NCBI GenBank assembly: GCA_964035545.1
Contig: OZ037765.1
Location: 9,124,698 to 9,188,697 of the forward strand
Reading direction: 5' to 3'
Source: Bugula neritina
Lineage: Eukaryota > Animalia > Bryozoa
DNA length: 64,000 nucleotides
Shown: positions 23,346-39,417 of the stretch, one piece after another
Numbering within the stretch: position 1 is the first letter of the stretch
Layout: the number at the start of each line of letters is the position of its first letter
Translations under genes and position numbers: made by a program
Notes under the pieces: generated by a model
Databases searched by the model: none
Told to the model about the DNA's origin: nothing
The model's input: only the letters and a program-made list of their open reading frames with translations

Positions 23346-26300
23346 ATGAGAAGAGGCAGGGTTAATCCTGTGGGAGGCAATAGCTCGCCAAATCAAAGCA
23401 GCTCCTCAAAGGCAGCTAACAAAAAGTCTGATAAAAACACGCCATCTGCATCCAGTTCTGCTAAAGGTTCAGCAGGGAGTAGTAAGAAAGAGAGTTCTAA
23501 GCTACTCGTGCCTGTAAGTGTACAGTAAAGTGTTTTTAAGTTTGTGGAAGTGGATAATATAAATGTTTGACACTGCATGTGCCAAATAGATTTAATAGGA
23601 GGACTGCTAAGTTTTTATACTAAAAGTATAGTAGATACGGGAAGTTCATTGTTACCCTTGTCAGGCTGTTGAAGCTCTCAATGCCAAACTGTTGGACAAT
23701 ATCACCATCCTTTGCAGGGTTGATGGTTTATGAATATCATTAAGAGGCTTGATATAAAGTTCTTTTTTCACTTTTTTTGTTCTGTAATGTTGATTTATTG
23801 TTTGTATTACTGCCAGCTGAGGCTAACACGTTCTCCACGCTTGGCTTCACTTACCAATTGTGTAGTTATAAGTAACTTCTGCCCCAGCAAAGTGAACCAC
23901 TGGTGATCAAGGCTTGCGTTCTCATCTTGATGATATGCAAAGGTTTAAATTAGCTTCAACAAATTACAGGAATCTGTATTAAACAAACACAGAAGTAAAA
24001 GTCACGAAAATCTGTCAAGTGCTTTACGTAGAAGAGTCAAGAGTAAGACACCACGTCCAGTCTCCTGGGTCGGCCCCAATGAAAACGTGTCGCATATCCC
24101 AGTGAAGACCAACAGCAGCTCTCAAGGCAGCAGTCAGTCTAGTAAACGGCAGGTCAGTACAATTCTGTAGTGAAACTTGTGTTGTGTGAAGTGTTGATCT
24201 GCATTAGATTTCACAGTAATATTGAAGAGGAACAAATGCAATGTAAGATTGATCATTTCCAAACGTATAACTTAACAGGCATTAGATTGTGTAAATAGGC
24301 GCTTTGAAAGTAATGCACAAGGTTCACATCTGCAATCTTGTCTTGTCATTAAAATGTCATCTATTCAACTTATTTTGCATATTTTCTCAAATAAAATACT
24401 TATCAACTCCACAATATATATAGTAGTAATGCCATTTATACTCTCACAATTAGTATATTTGGTCACATATTGGGGAGACGGAATTGCTATTATATACTTT
24501 GATGGATCTGCAGCCTATTGTAATGAATGTACTATATTATTTTATAAGAATAATTGTAATGATAATCATAATCCTGTAATGCAAGCTAGTAACATGCAGT
24601 CATCTTTTATCAGTTTGCTGTATTGATTTTATTTGGAGTTGAATGTTTCCCCTGATGACCTGTGTATCCCCTAACCACACTATTGGCAGTTGGTAATATA
24701 TACCCTACAGGAGACTAGCTTGATAAAATTACCCTGCTGGTACATTTGAATGGTCTGAGATTTCTGGGTTAACAAGTACCATAGTTTTCCATTGATTGTT
24801 AATGTAAGTGTGCAGTCACAATAGTTTCTCTATTAGCAGAACTTGCTGCCCAAATATTTTGTACTTTTGCCTTTCAGGATGAGATTAAAAATTACATATA
24901 TAGCCTAAACATGACAACGTGAGAATGTTATTATCTTATGGGGGATGGATGGAGACCTCCCTAGTCCAGCAGTGTTTTACTGAGTATGGAAAGTTATAGT
25001 ATATAAATATGCCAATCTTGTCGTATTTTGTGCAACTTGACAGTTTTTGGCCTTGCTTTATTTTGATTTGAGCCTCTTAGTTTCAACCTAATTTCCATCG
25101 TACCAGTGTTAAATTAAAGCAGTGTGTGAAACTGCAAAGTTTGCACACAGCTCCCTGTAAATATGTGTATCTAGTTGCAAACCTTACAGAAACAATAAAT
25201 AACCCGGAGTAATGGGAGTAGCCATAGAATGGGTACAACTGGGGCATATATACAGGCTAGGTGCAGTATCAAGTGAACAGCGCACACAGTACCTTACAAT
25301 GGATATGCTATAGTCTACAAGTTCTCATCAACATACCATTCAATTTCTTAATATGCAACTCTCATTCACTAGATAATTTGTAAACATTGATGGTAGTTTA
25401 CTACAATTGCCTTTCAATAGTATCAGAATTTCCTTTTATGACCAATTTATTTGCAATAATAAACTATGATCATATGCCTTTGCTAGTAACACATTCAGGT
25501 TGACAATTATAAGAAATACTTTACTCACGACTGGTTGCTCAACTACATAAGTAGGAGGCAATTAGTTCAAACAGTATTTCCCTAACAGATTAATTATTAC
25601 TTTATTTCTCTTTCGGATGTAATGTAAGTAAGATATACAACTTATTCAGATATTATGTAACTTAGCATATTTTTTAACGTTGTATAATTATGTATCTTAT
25701 TCAAGCTGTTCAAGCAACTGTTATAACAGAGCATGCATAATGTTATTAGGTCTACATGCTACTGTAAGTTATCATGTCTATATAATACTCTATAGTTTAT
25801 GATTATATGTTATAAGGTCTATACACTATGTTACGTAGGATAATTTCACTGGCAGTAGTAATCTTTCTTTTTTTACGTCAGTAGAGCACAACTTGCTAGG
25901 TAAATGTGAATATGCTCTAATGCTATCTTTTATAGTTTTATAGTATACCCTTGAACTAGGCCTAACAATATGTGTTTGGGGCAAATATCCTTCTAGGAAT
26001 AGTTGTGTCTTACACTCTATCAGTTTTAGTCCATTTTAATGCAATGCTTTCGTGGAGTCTTGTATACTTATGTACCAGTCATGTAGTCTACAGTCTACTA
26101 ATAATTCTATTGATGAGCTCCCAAATGATCTAAATTATAATAATTGGTTCTCAATTAGAGTAACTTCTCACTTGTAAGTTGTAGTAATTTGGAGATAATC
26201 GAGAACAGTAGAATTTTTTGTGACAATCAGTTTGCTGTTGGCAGTCTGTATTTTGATGTCCATGGAATGAGTCATCAACTTTGCTTATGTGCCTGAGGCA

Positions 26301-29300
26301 ACTGGAAACACTCTGTTAAGATTTGTAGGATTGTCTTAGGAATTAAGAATTAGGATTGATTGGATATCAGTCATAATTTATTACTTATAGGAATTGCTAG
26401 TAGACAGTTTCTTCCAGATATCAGATTTAGTAGTGGAAGGGACAACAGCGTTTGTCTATAAATCTCACTCAACTTGTTTATAGTTTAAGACGGATAACTC
26501 CAGATATATGAGTCAGCACCAGGTTTTATCGTAAGTTTCACTCTGACTATTTTAGGTCAATTTTGTGGCTGCAGATTTAGAGCCTCGTAAAACACAGATA
26601 GTTAAATCCGTACCATTGAGAAATGACGACACTGCGTCCTTCTCCAATTCCTCACCTTTGAGAAAAGCTACTAGTGTTCAAAACCTTAAAAGCTCGGAAC
26701 AATCAATAAAGAGAGCCAGCAGTATAGATAACTTATGCAGACCTACAGCATCCTCTCTTCAGAAGAATAAGCAGAACAGCCAACTCAGTAAAACACAAGT
26801 CACGATCAAGTAAGTTATCTTATTGTTGTTGTGAGTCTAGCTGGATTATTATTTATATTGGTGCTTCACTTACAGTCTTGCTTATAACTTTGCACTTTTA
26901 TATCAGTAAGTTTGGCAGGTATTTTTTATGGAAATAAATGATATGACAAATGAGCTTTGTGTGAGAGAGACTTTATCTACATTGGCACATTTCTGGCATC
27001 ACAAAAACAGGTGACGCAGTGAAGAAAAGCATGTAAAGTTTTTTAGCACCAATTTCTTTCTTGCCAGTCAATTTTTGTGTATTCAATCTGAATATAAAAT
27101 ACTTGGCATATGTAAAGAAACGTGTTTTTTGAGTAAATAAATAACTTCTAAACTGCTCAGCCATTTAGAATACATTAGTTTCATTCTGATTATCCAGTCA
27201 TTATAAAACTTGCAAAATGTACAGTGTATTATTTTCAACATGGCAAGGACATGAAAAGCCACTTCTCAATGTGAACAGACCTTCATTCTTTTTTAGGCCA
27301 AATTACACATTGAATTGTTATAATGACTTGCTGGATTATTTATCTTAAAGTCAATAAGAATTTGGAATACAGTTAAAAGTACTCGTTATAAATTATCGAT
27401 TTAGATTTGGTAGTCAGAGTGTTTTGAAGAACAAGATTTCTTCTGTTGAATATTGCTAAATTTAAAAGTATCGGTGTGTAGCTAAGAAGTATAGAATTTG
27501 TTATGCAGCTTGAGTTGGGCAGACCTGGCTGTTCAATGAGCTTTCATTTATGCATTTTATAAGTTTTTGCTTATATTTATTTTCAGGGAAGAGCGTTCAC
27601 CTCGCTCCTCCCCAAGCAGACTGCCAGTAAATATCTCTCGGAGAATGCAGTCCCAGACTAGCAGTGTTATGGCTGCCAGTGGTTCAGCCTCACCACCCTC
27701 TGCTATGAAAAAGTCATCTAGCATACAAAACATTACAAAACAATCTTCTGGTAGCCTTCGAAGAGCTCAAAGTTCTCAAAATGTTAGCAATGGGTCTCGA
27801 GATCCTAGGTCTAGTTTGAGGAACAGCAGACTTGCGTACAATGCAGAACTTTTGGCTATCTTTGAGAAGGAGAAAAAAGTACTGGAGGGAAGAATATCAG
27901 AGTTGGTACAGATCACAGAGAACAGAAAAGCAGAAATTGAGAAATATAAGGTGTGTTGAACATTTGGGAGGTGAATATTGAGCTCCATAAGTGGCTATCA
28001 GTATTGCTGTATGCTATGTAGAATATGCTGAGTGGTGTACCTAATAAGTAGCATATCTTTAACAGAGTGGTCTAGGGGCTAGAGCATTTGGCTTAGTAAA
28101 CACAAAGTCATGGGTTTGAACCCCAGTAAAGGCCATGGTGATGTTAGGAAGAGCATCCAGTCATTTTGCTTCTGTGCCACATATGACTAAGTTGTTAGCC
28201 TGCTTTAAAAACTAACCTTTCCAGTAGATAGTGACTATAAACTTGTGTGAGTTTATTTATCTAACAGAGTGCTAGGGTGTGTGAAGCAAATTCGATTTTT
28301 TTTTTGCTGCCTAAATTACTTCTGGTCATTAGTAATTAAGATACAGATTATCTTGGTAAAAGCTACTAATAACATTTTTAGTGGTAAATCAGTTTGCTAA
28401 AAAAAAATCCAAGAGAAGACAACTTTTCATTAGGAATCAGCCATTTATATAAATTGTAATTCTTTGCAGATAGAAATCAAGAACCTGCATGAACAGATTC
28501 CCCCAAGTTCATTACAAGAACAAACAAGTCAACTGCAGTTGGAAAACAATATGCTTAGGTCTAAGTTAGAAGAACTCGGAGTGTTTGTTGAGAATGGTGC
28601 ACCTCTAGCTGGCCATGAGACTGATGTATGTCATCTTTAAGTTTGTGTTTCTAAAGTGTTAAAAGAAGTTGTAATTATCTTAAGTCATCGGAGTAAGATG
28701 TTGAGCAGTAGGTTTCTGTGTAGCAATAAAGAAATGTCAGAAGACCGATAGAGAAATAAACATTAAAGGTGTTCAACTTTCAAAATTACGAACTTAAGAT
28801 TTTAATATGCAGTTTAATAAATGAAGCAATTGTGTGGTACATTTATTAACCAAGTTTGCAAAAACTGGTATGAATGAATTAAAAAACATCAGAAAGTCAG
28901 TTGCAGGTAAAGTATAAATAATTCAGCTGTTGCATTGGCAACTTTGGTGATAAATATCAGTACCTATGAAGGTGTGTATTGAGTGTATAATATTGGGTGG
29001 CAACTATCTGATCTGGAAGGACAATCTATTTACTAGAAACTGGTTTAAACTTCAAAGTTGTAAATTTTCTTGCCAAATCTAGCGATGTAATTAAAAATAT
29101 TGTTTAGTTGAATGGCTAAAAGTAGAATTGTTTGAGATAATATTTTTATTTAAAACTGCTGAGTAAAAATATATAAAGTAGTAGTAAGGGGCTAGTGTTG
29201 AAAACTAATGCATGTTTAATATTATTTTCATTTGTAAAGCAAGCTGGTGTTGTTTTAGGATGACCTAGATATGTCTTGCAACGCTTCAATAAAGACCCCA

Positions 29301-32300
29301 GTTCACATGGCAGCATGTTCGAGAAAGTCAGCTGGATCATCAGCCTGTCTCTTAGATGTTATGGATGGTGGGTCTGTTGATCTCTGTGGAGCTCCAGAAA
29401 ATCCCTCTGATATTCCTGGTGCGTATTTCTACTAGAACCTTCCATTTTAGCAGCAGTTAAGAAGTTACACTTCAATTTCTACTTGATTAGTGCATCATTA
29501 TTTGTTGGCTAGTGTAAACTGAGAACCAGTTTTGTAATTGATTTGAAAAAGCTGTTTTTGTAGTTTGGTTTGATTAGATAGCTGTTGTTGAAAGTCATAT
29601 TATTTGCTGTTCTATGTTTTCCTCTGATATATTTAGCTGCCAACTGATATGCTGCTAATACTATATTTCATTAGCTACAAATTCAAAGAAAAGATAACTC
29701 TTACTATTATTGAGCTACACGAGTTTTATTCAATAATTTGGTTGTTTGGAAGTCAAGTTCCAAACTTGTGCAAGCATTGCTGTGTGTTTTAAACAAAAGT
29801 ATATATATCTTATATAAAAGGTAGATCTGTTAATATCTTTTACACTGATGCCATTTTTGATACTCTTGTGGGTCAGTGATGTGAAATAATTAAAATGATA
29901 TTAAAAAAGTATTGGGTGGTTAACCAAGTCTAAATGATGCAATTCCATATACCCTGCTGTTACGAAATACCCCAAGTTGTATGTTTATTTGCTAATGTAA
30001 CTAGCATGTTTTCAATTCTACTTATTCTATTTAAGTCAGTGTGACCTCTGAACTAATGGGTTTTCAGTTGAGATCAATTAGTGATGACTGATGACCTAAC
30101 CATCTGCTGTTGTAAGGTTAATAGATTTGTTATTGAGTTACTTCAAGTTGCCTATACTCCGGATTGTTAGGGAGGTGGGTGTAGTAGTTGGGGCTCTGCT
30201 GTACTGTAGAAGTGTTGATACTTCTTTAGGGATAGATTCCGGGTGGGACCAGCACAACATTAAGAGTGACAATGGCCGGGTTGGGGCTCCGGTGAATATA
30301 TCAAACTCTTCTAGTACTAGTGACATGTCTGTAGCCTGTCTTCAAGAGAAAATATTCAGAATGGAAGAAAGTCAATACAGGTGAGTGGTAGTTGTTTGAG
30401 TGATTGTAATCTTGTTGGTGGAGTTACAGTTTGCATAAAGAGACTTAAGTGTTAATGGTTTTTCCTACATAGGAAATGGAAATCCATCATAACCTTTGAA
30501 GTTGAATCTTGGGCTTGCCCATTCAAATTTTACAAGCAACAAAGGAAATATCAAACATGGTGTTAATTAGTAGAATATTATTTAAAATCAAACAATTGAC
30601 CCTGCTCTGGTTTATAAAAGCACCAAAAACACAATACAGGAAACAGCTGTGTTGGTGACCAACAAATCTTAATATTAATCAATAGGGTTCAACTCTTGTA
30701 AGTTGCTGCATTTACTGAATTTATCAGCATGCATACAACCCTAGGAGCATACAACTGGGGTAAATACATAGCATGTCCAGGCAGAGTTGTGTTTCTAAAA
30801 ATGAATTCTTAGCCTTTAAACTTAGTAACTAGGATGTCAAGACTAAACAAACTAATCTCTTGGTGTTGAAAAGAATCTTAGAAACCAAACAGGCTGGAGA
30901 TCTTCTATAATTATGCTATTACGTTAAGTGTGTGCAGCTGATTGATGAATCACATTATTATCTATAAATTAGGTTTTAGGTTTCAATATGTTATGTTTTT
31001 GTCAGATGTCAGCTTTAAAGTAATTATAAAGTGCAAGCATACTAAAATATACTTTATACACCCTGGTTTAAATGGAGAACCTTTCCAATCTGGACTATTT
31101 ATGAGCTAGTCTGTGCTCCCTAAGATTTCCAGTGTTGTCTGAGCTTGAGATGTGTATAATTGATCAGTGCTTGAACAACCTGTTCCCAAGGATACACAGA
31201 ATGCTTGGGGTTTTGAATATGAAGAATTTAAATTATATTATGAAATAAGGATTTATTTACTCTTTATACGCGATAATTTTATGATATATAATATAAAATA
31301 TAAAATAATAATATAAAATATTCTTTACCAATACTGGTTTTTTAAATCACAGGTTTATAACCCTCAAAACTCGGCAATATTGAGGCCATAGACAAGAGTT
31401 GTAATATTGCTTCCTTATATAAATTGTTGCTAGAACTTTGATTTCGGCGTGCTTGTACTCCAGTACTGCTTGAACATAATTACAGCCCCAGGAGCAGCTA
31501 CATCAGTTTTGCTTATATAATAGATTATAATTGTAGTGGTATATCATTAGTTGACTATTTAGAATTACCCATTAGCAGTTATATTTGATTAGTATATATT
31601 GTAATGTATTATTAATGGGATAAAAAGTAGTAAACTTACAGTTTTTAGTAGAGTTTAAATTATGTAGGTAAAGTAAAACTCACAGCAGTAGCAAAAAGCT
31701 CTAAGAGGGATGTCTTTAGACTCTATTATGTAGCGTATCAACAAGCTGATCGTGTAGTCTAAATATTACTGCTTATTTTTCTTGGGCACCAAATAAACTT
31801 CTCTGCATACAACAAACTGACAAGAATTCCATATCTGCAATCATTCAAAGCCTCTTCATCAATAATACTTGTTCTTGTATATTTTTTATGTGAAACCAAG
31901 ATTCTCACGAGTTTAAAAGAAGTTATAGAATTAATAAGGGTGACATTTTTAACTGAAAAAGTAGTAATGTCGTTAAAAGTTGAATTATTTTACTGAAATT
32001 ACTGTCAATTATTTAACATTTAGGAGTTGTGCTCCCCGAGTATTTTTCAACATTTGTGAAATACAACTCTCACGATGTTAGTTTCTGATTTATATGCGGC
32101 TTTGAGGGGGGTCTTGTCTAATTGCTGATTATTTGTTACCCTACTTTTATGCAGGTTCAAGTTATTCTAACGTCATAATTGTTTTGGTTGCCTTGTTTTT
32201 AGGAAGCTATTTTTCATTGGTTTGTAATATGTACCCCATCTATATATTTTTAAATACTTCATCATATATATTTAAAAATTACTTGTTTGCTATTTTTTAT

Positions 32301-35300
32301 AATATCTTGAAAAAAACAGAATTATGATTATTTTTAAATTAATGCTAATATTTTACCTGTTGTTGAATGCCACAAAGTTCAGATGTTTAATTTAGCTCTA
32401 AAAGTAGAATTCCCTTTCTCAAAAAGCAGGGAAATACGTTTATAGAATTTGTATGATCATAGGTTTATTCACCAGGCATACATATAAATACAACAATGTT
32501 ATAAATTTGAGCACCCTGATTGCCATGTGGGTCCTCTAAAGAGATAGATTGGCATAATATGTATCTAGCTGTAACTCTTTGATTCTTGATCAGACCATGC
32601 ACCTTTTCTAATGTTTATATAGGATCATAGGTACAACAATGCACTCAATATAAACCTTAATGACTATGAATATAATTGTAAGTCCTTCTAGTTTTCTATT
32701 GTCAAATGAAATTAGTTTTGATATTTTAACCAATCATATTATATAACAATTAGATCATTAGATGATGTAAGAATAAAATCACAATTGGAATATAAAAATT
32801 TATATTGATGAGTTTGAATGTGAAATAAACATAAACTAAAAGTAAGTCATCTCTTTAGTTTATGTATTTACATAATTACTGCACTTGAATATCCAAGTGA
32901 TTAAAATAAATTAATATATAAATAGTAATAATAATTAGGCTATCATGGTTGAATTTGAAGCTCTGAGTGACTAGTAACTGATGGTTTTATTATTTTTATT
33001 AGTTTTTATGTTTTTAGAGTCAATTTCTTACCACTCTATGGAGTTGTTATTAAAAGAATTTCATCCCTGTAAATTGCTACCAGTCTTTATTGAAAATCTG
33101 TAGGTTATTTTAATTTTTCCCTGTTTTCTCACTTATCCGTTTGTGTAGCTTGTAGAGTTTCAAACTTTTAAACCACCCTGATGATTATTAATTGTATCTT
33201 CTGTGAGTAAAATGTAATAAAGATCAATTGATGTAATGTAATGTAATTGGAGACAAAATTTATTATGGAACCTGATTCCCCCCCCCCCCCCACATAGAAG
33301 ATTTTTTGGTATATCTCTGTATATTTTAATAACGCATAAATTCACGTAGCCAGCCAGACCTTCCTGCTAATTAAATTCTAATGATTAGTTATAACCTATC
33401 TCTGTATTGACTGTGATTGGCTAAAGTGGACATTAGCGTCATTGGTGATAATCACAAAGGCGTGGTTTATTACTAGTAGCACGTGAGTCAACGCATAGGC
33501 GGCTATTGTGTAAACGCCGTTGGCAGTGCATATTATTCAGTCCGTCAACCTATTCCTAGACGCGCCGTGGTACAACAGATGGAATACGCGACGTTATAAC
33601 TAGGATAATACTAACTTTGTAAGAACTAACATGTAATGGGAGATCATAAGAATACCAGATATGGGCAATAGTAATTCTTCTTTGTTGTCTTGTGCTGGAG
33701 CAGCTTCTAAAAGCAAGACCCACGACTCTTTGCCTCCTCAAAAACATTCTTCTGCTAAAGTAGCCAAGTCATCTAATGGCCACCAATACCAAATAGAGGA
33801 GTCGGATTGCGAGAAAGATGCTGGCGTTCCTATCTCTGGAGGACATATTTCTGGACAAAGTTCAACATTTCAAGATGATCTCACCAACTTATGTGATGCA
33901 AAGAAAAAATCTGAACCTGAAAATGGCAGTAAGTTAGATAGCAAGTCTAGGGAAGATGATATTGAGAAGGAGACTGCACTTGGTATTAGCATTAGTGGTA
34001 ATCTGGCAAGTTTGGAATGCATGAAGGTAAAAGATACAGATAAAACTTATATTCCTTACGTTGACGAAGGAGAAGAATGTGATGTTAATGATATGCTATC
34101 TGAAGTGAACTCTGCCAGCCTAGTGGATAGTCAACTCACTGAAAGTCTATCCGAGAGAGTCACAGCTAGTATCACTGGGCCAAGTCAAGTGGATGTTGTC
34201 TCATCTAACATTGCTGCTGAAAAACCCACTGAGTTGGCAGACAGTGGACCCACAGCCTGTACATTTCGATCCTGTGAATCGTTGGCCAGGTAATGTATTG
34301 CCTGATTTCAAGCGAACCAATCAAGTTCAATCAATTACCCCAGTATTGTCTTTAGTTGTTTTCCTTTCAAAGCTCTCACAAATGTTGATAATAGATAATA
34401 GTTTATATAACACTCTCTGGTTGTAAGCAGTATAAAGACTGACCCACTGATTGGCATTATATAACTTGAAATAAATTAAGACCCACAGGCCATAACACTT
34501 GAAAGTTGAAAATGCACTAGCATAACTTTTCCCAACTACAACTACGAAGGGAAAGACAATAATTCCACTATAACCTGTCCCCCAATTTAATTTCTTTTGC
34601 AAAAATTATTGTCTAGTTGTGAGTTGCAAAATCATGCTGTTGTACTCATGTCTCATAGGTTGTATAAATTATAATATATTTCTGCTGATTACTTGACATA
34701 AGAGAGTAGTAACAACTAGTGATAATGGAACAATAATCTTTCTAAGGCTATGCATCAGCTTCTTTATTTTCACTTGAACTCATCAAAAAATGTTTTTTGT
34801 GGTTAGTTGCTGAAGCAATGAAAAAGGCCATTTATAAGCCATATGCTAGTTATGAAGCTGAGACCAGCTTTGCCATGGCAATCACAACAGCCATCATAGT
34901 TATGCTGAGCCTAGTTTAGCCACAGAATCACTTGGATACCCAGTAGTTAGCCGTAAACATGGGTGAAATCCACTACTTCAAAGAGGGTTATCAACCTAAA
35001 TAGTAGGCTACTTGAATCACAAATAACTATTTATTTCAGTTGTTTGTTCACCTGCTTGCTAGAGCACTCCTCTCTATACCGATTTTTGATGTGGCCATTA
35101 TGCAAGTACATAGAAAAAGTTGTTGCCCAAGCTTAGATATTCAAATTTCAAGGGGTTTAAAAGTTGCTAAAGCAGCTTGAAATAACACAAGGGACATGTT
35201 GCGGTTTGAAGAAATTTGCCAGTTCCTGATTGCATCAGTCTGTCAATATTTGCATGGAGAGAAGCAGATAAAGGCAGACCTAATATAATTATTATCAATC

Positions 35301-38300
35301 CTTGATTCTATTGAAAGATTAACTGAAAATCACAAACTATTTGATTTACCACGCAGGTTGGGATGAGCCCATGTTATATTAATATTGATTCCAATCTACT
35401 CTTATCAGCTGAGATGCATCTCCCTATTGAAACTAAGATTATGTTCAGCAAACAGTCACCTAACATAATTGTACTTCATGCTGGGCTGATTGCTCTGTCA
35501 CTACTACAGTTGGATATTTAGACAAGATAGGGTTTTGTTGATGTTGGGTTCTATCAACAGGCTTGCCTAGTAAGCATCTTCAGGCCTTGGTTAGTTGATG
35601 GGAATTTTGTAATCATTGTCCAAGGGTCTTCAAATTTTACTGAAGTTACAACTAAGAGTGTAAAGAATGAGCAGTAATCCTTAGTTTACCTAGCAAGAAA
35701 GTTAAAATAGTTGACACTGCATACAAACACTTAGTTTGCAAACTTGAGATGTTGAGTAAAAACTGTTTTGATCAAACAACCATTTTGCACATTTTGTTTG
35801 GATGGTGTTATTTGAGTTTAGTAAGGACTTCCTGGAAACCTTTCTAAGAAAAGTTTTAATTTTAAAGTACCACAGCCTGTGGTAAACCCAGCTCTAAGCC
35901 ATAATATTAGCAAATTTCTCTTTATGTTTTTGCTGTTCACCGTGTCGTTGAATTGTCATTCAGATGTATTTCATTGAACTTTTCTTTGACAAGCACACAA
36001 TTTACCTATTATATTATGATATTGGAATATTCTTAGCTTAAATTGATTTTGCCATAGATTGCCATTATATTACTGCACAGTACTTATTCAGAATATATTA
36101 TAATGACTGCTACTAACTAGCTGTCATCAGAGGCTGAACACACACTGGTAGACGGTGATCCAGCTATGTAATATTTGCATGCCTCATACTCTACTATGCT
36201 ACATCGGCATGAAAAGTAAATCAGTTATGTCACTTAGGGATTATTATCAACTAAATTCAGTGATTAAATATTTCCTTAGTCTGTATTTGCATTGCTATTA
36301 GATTCACTAAGTACTTACTGACACATTATACTTGCTTGGCATGTTATAATTACATCATGTTGACATTTATTGCAACATTTGCAACTTTTCTTAGTGACCA
36401 TTTTGGTTATACTGTACGTGCATGATAACCCTGTTTCCTGGTTGCTATGGAGATGGCACCACTGCATGCTGATTTGAAATAACCAATTATGGATGGGTTT
36501 TTGTTGAGACGTTCTTTTTGTTATTCATGTGTAGTGAAAACTCGATGCTGCATATGATAGCCACAGTCAAGGCTCTACATCCCGTATACTAATTTATTGA
36601 TTATTGTATTTGTACTGCTCTGCTGTCTTATATAATGCATCATACGTATTATGTAACTATGAAATGCCATAATATAATATTGCCTAGTTAGTTTTATTTA
36701 TATTACTAGTCTTTTTTACTAGTATTCACAGTTTTTAATGGTTTCACTACCACAACTAGTGTATTATACAGTAGGTTGTAATATGTTGCAAGTTTATATC
36801 TCTTGCATGTGTCTGTAATGTGCTGTCATGGCAGTAAATATTGTTGATTTCCTCACCACTATGCTTATGTCATGACACTTGGTAGTTCCTGGAACTGCAA
36901 TGGTTGCAGCAGAGTTATAATTATTGCATCATTCTCCTTCATGCAGTTGCACTGTCTAGTACCACAATTAAAAGTTCCCTGGTTCATATTCCCAATGATC
37001 TCATGTGCATAACTTTGCTTGTGTATATTACAGTACAAATGAGGAGCTGCAGGCAACACTTCAAGAGCTCGGAGATCTGCAGCGGAACGTAAACCAGTTG
37101 GCGGAGGAGAATGAGCAGTTGGGAGCTGAGAGAATGGTTCTCCTCGAGTCCCTCTGCACCCAGACAGACAAGCTGGAGAATGCCAGAACTCAAATAGAGC
37201 ACCTCAAGGCTCTCATACTTACAGACACGGAATATACTCAGAGTGAAAGGGAGCAAGCACTGGTCAACCTTCTCAAGGTACAATACGTCTGCAACCGTCT
37301 CTATAAGTTATTTTCTTTGGGATAAAATAGCAGGTCATGTTAGGCAGACTGATATAGGGGTTATCAGTTATTGGCTATTCTTCCAGCAGCAGCTGCTGCA
37401 AGGTTTCTATTGCTAAATGCTTCGAACTGTATGACAGTTTAAACTCGACATCATTTAGCAGGTACTCTCAGTCAGTAGCTACAGCCAGTATATGTGGCAC
37501 ATCTACTGCAAAACTCGAGATTTGAGTTGGTTTTTGGCAAAATTGGGGATATAAGGGTGGCTGCGCACTACCACATCTGTCAACCTGTAATACCAGTATA
37601 CAGTGTCTCACTACTTACTAGACAGCTTTACATGTTAGTAGGTCAGCTGATGTAGTGGGAAATGCTAGTGGGTTGACACTGCAGTATTAGTGCTATAAAT
37701 ACACTGCAGTATACTAAGCTGCCATGTCTAGGAACCTGGACCTAATGTCTTCAGTCATCACCACTAAACACCCAACTAGTTCATTTACTGAACTATGCAT
37801 GGCCAAGTTGTGTTGATTTTTAAGCAAATAACTTGGCAAAAAGTATGTTTTTGTAAATGAATAAAAAACTTGTAAAATATGGCTAATAGAAGGAATCAGC
37901 TGTTAAATGATGATGTAATCTAGGAAATATTTGTTGAGATAATAATTGTTTTCTTAGTAACCTGAGTCACTTGAGTTCAAATTCCATGTTCTGTTGGTTT
38001 ACATGTCAGTCAGTCTAGGGACTTCTAAAATCTAAAATATTCTAAAGTTTTATTCCGATAGGACAAAAATACCAACCAATTATCAAGTATTCAAGTTATC
38101 TAATGCAGCATTTTGAGAAAATGATCTAGTTCTGTACATTACTAGACAGTAAATGAGCTATCAAAAACATGGAAGTTGTCATTAGAGTGATTTTGCTTTA
38201 CCATTTGTTGCAAACTGTTCTACCAACTGGTGATTCATCTCTCCTACACGATATCTTCTGTTGTAAAGTTTAATTTGGACTGTTTAGATAGCCACAGAGG

Positions 38301-39331
38301 AGAGGGAGGAGTTCCTGCTGAAGCAGTGTGAAATGCACAACGCCCTGGAGAGTTTCGACCAGGAGTACAAGGATATGCAGGAGAGGGTGATTTCACTGAA
38401 CGAGAAGTGTAAACACTTGGAGGACAAACGACAAGGTTGGCGCTTTTCTTGAAGTCACTTTTTATTTCAGCACCAATATTATACTTCTACCAGCTTTTAA
38501 CCATAATAATCTTCAAAAGTTTCATAATTACTTGTTTGTTTGTTTATTCTCATCAAAAATAATAATCTCTATATTGGTTATATAATAATAGATATGATGA
38601 GGGTCTATGTACATAGTAGCATGGTGGATTTCTAAATTTCGAACTCAAATATATATTCATAGCCCACATAGTTAATTGGTGAATCAGTAAACTTATGTCA
38701 GTAAATCAAGCAGGTACTCCTTCAAAATCATCCTGACTCCATGAAACCTTGTATCTCTCTACACTTGGAGTTCCAATGAATAGTCACATGCAGAAGTTGA
38801 TGATTATATCTTTTGCTATTTCAACAAAGGTATGATTGATGAAAAAGTCAAGCTGGAAACCCACACAAGTGACCTAGCCGAGGAACTGGCCAATGAAAGA
38901 ATTGAGTTGGAGCGGTACAAGACCCTTCTTGAAAATGAGAAAGGGAAGGTATTGGAATTGCAGCAATTACATAAAGCAGAGGACAAATCAGAACTGGAGC
39001 AATTAGTTGAGAATACAAGGTTTGTGGGAGACATTGTTTTGTTATTAGGACAAGTATTTCTTGTTATTGTCAACAGAGTCAAGATTGTTTAGATTACAAA
39101 TATTCTATGATTCAACACTTGGCCCAATGTAATGGTAACAGAGCTCTGTTTTTGCTCTTCAACTGTAAATCATTGTGGTTTTATGGTATACAAACTACTT
39201 CAAAGGGAGCTGGTATTATTTCTTCACAAAGATACTTCAAACTGAAACTTGGCTAATTTGCCACCTTCTGAATCATTACAAATTATTTTCAGATTAAGCC
39301 ATTTTAGACAAGGTTGCAGCTAACTTCCTAG

Positions 39332-39417
<86 letters not shown>

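Noticed and set aside
28063-28140. Possible tRNA gene (also about 57408-57470)
   Set aside because: No convincing acceptor stem or cloverleaf; the 28063 copy continues into a SINE-like tail.
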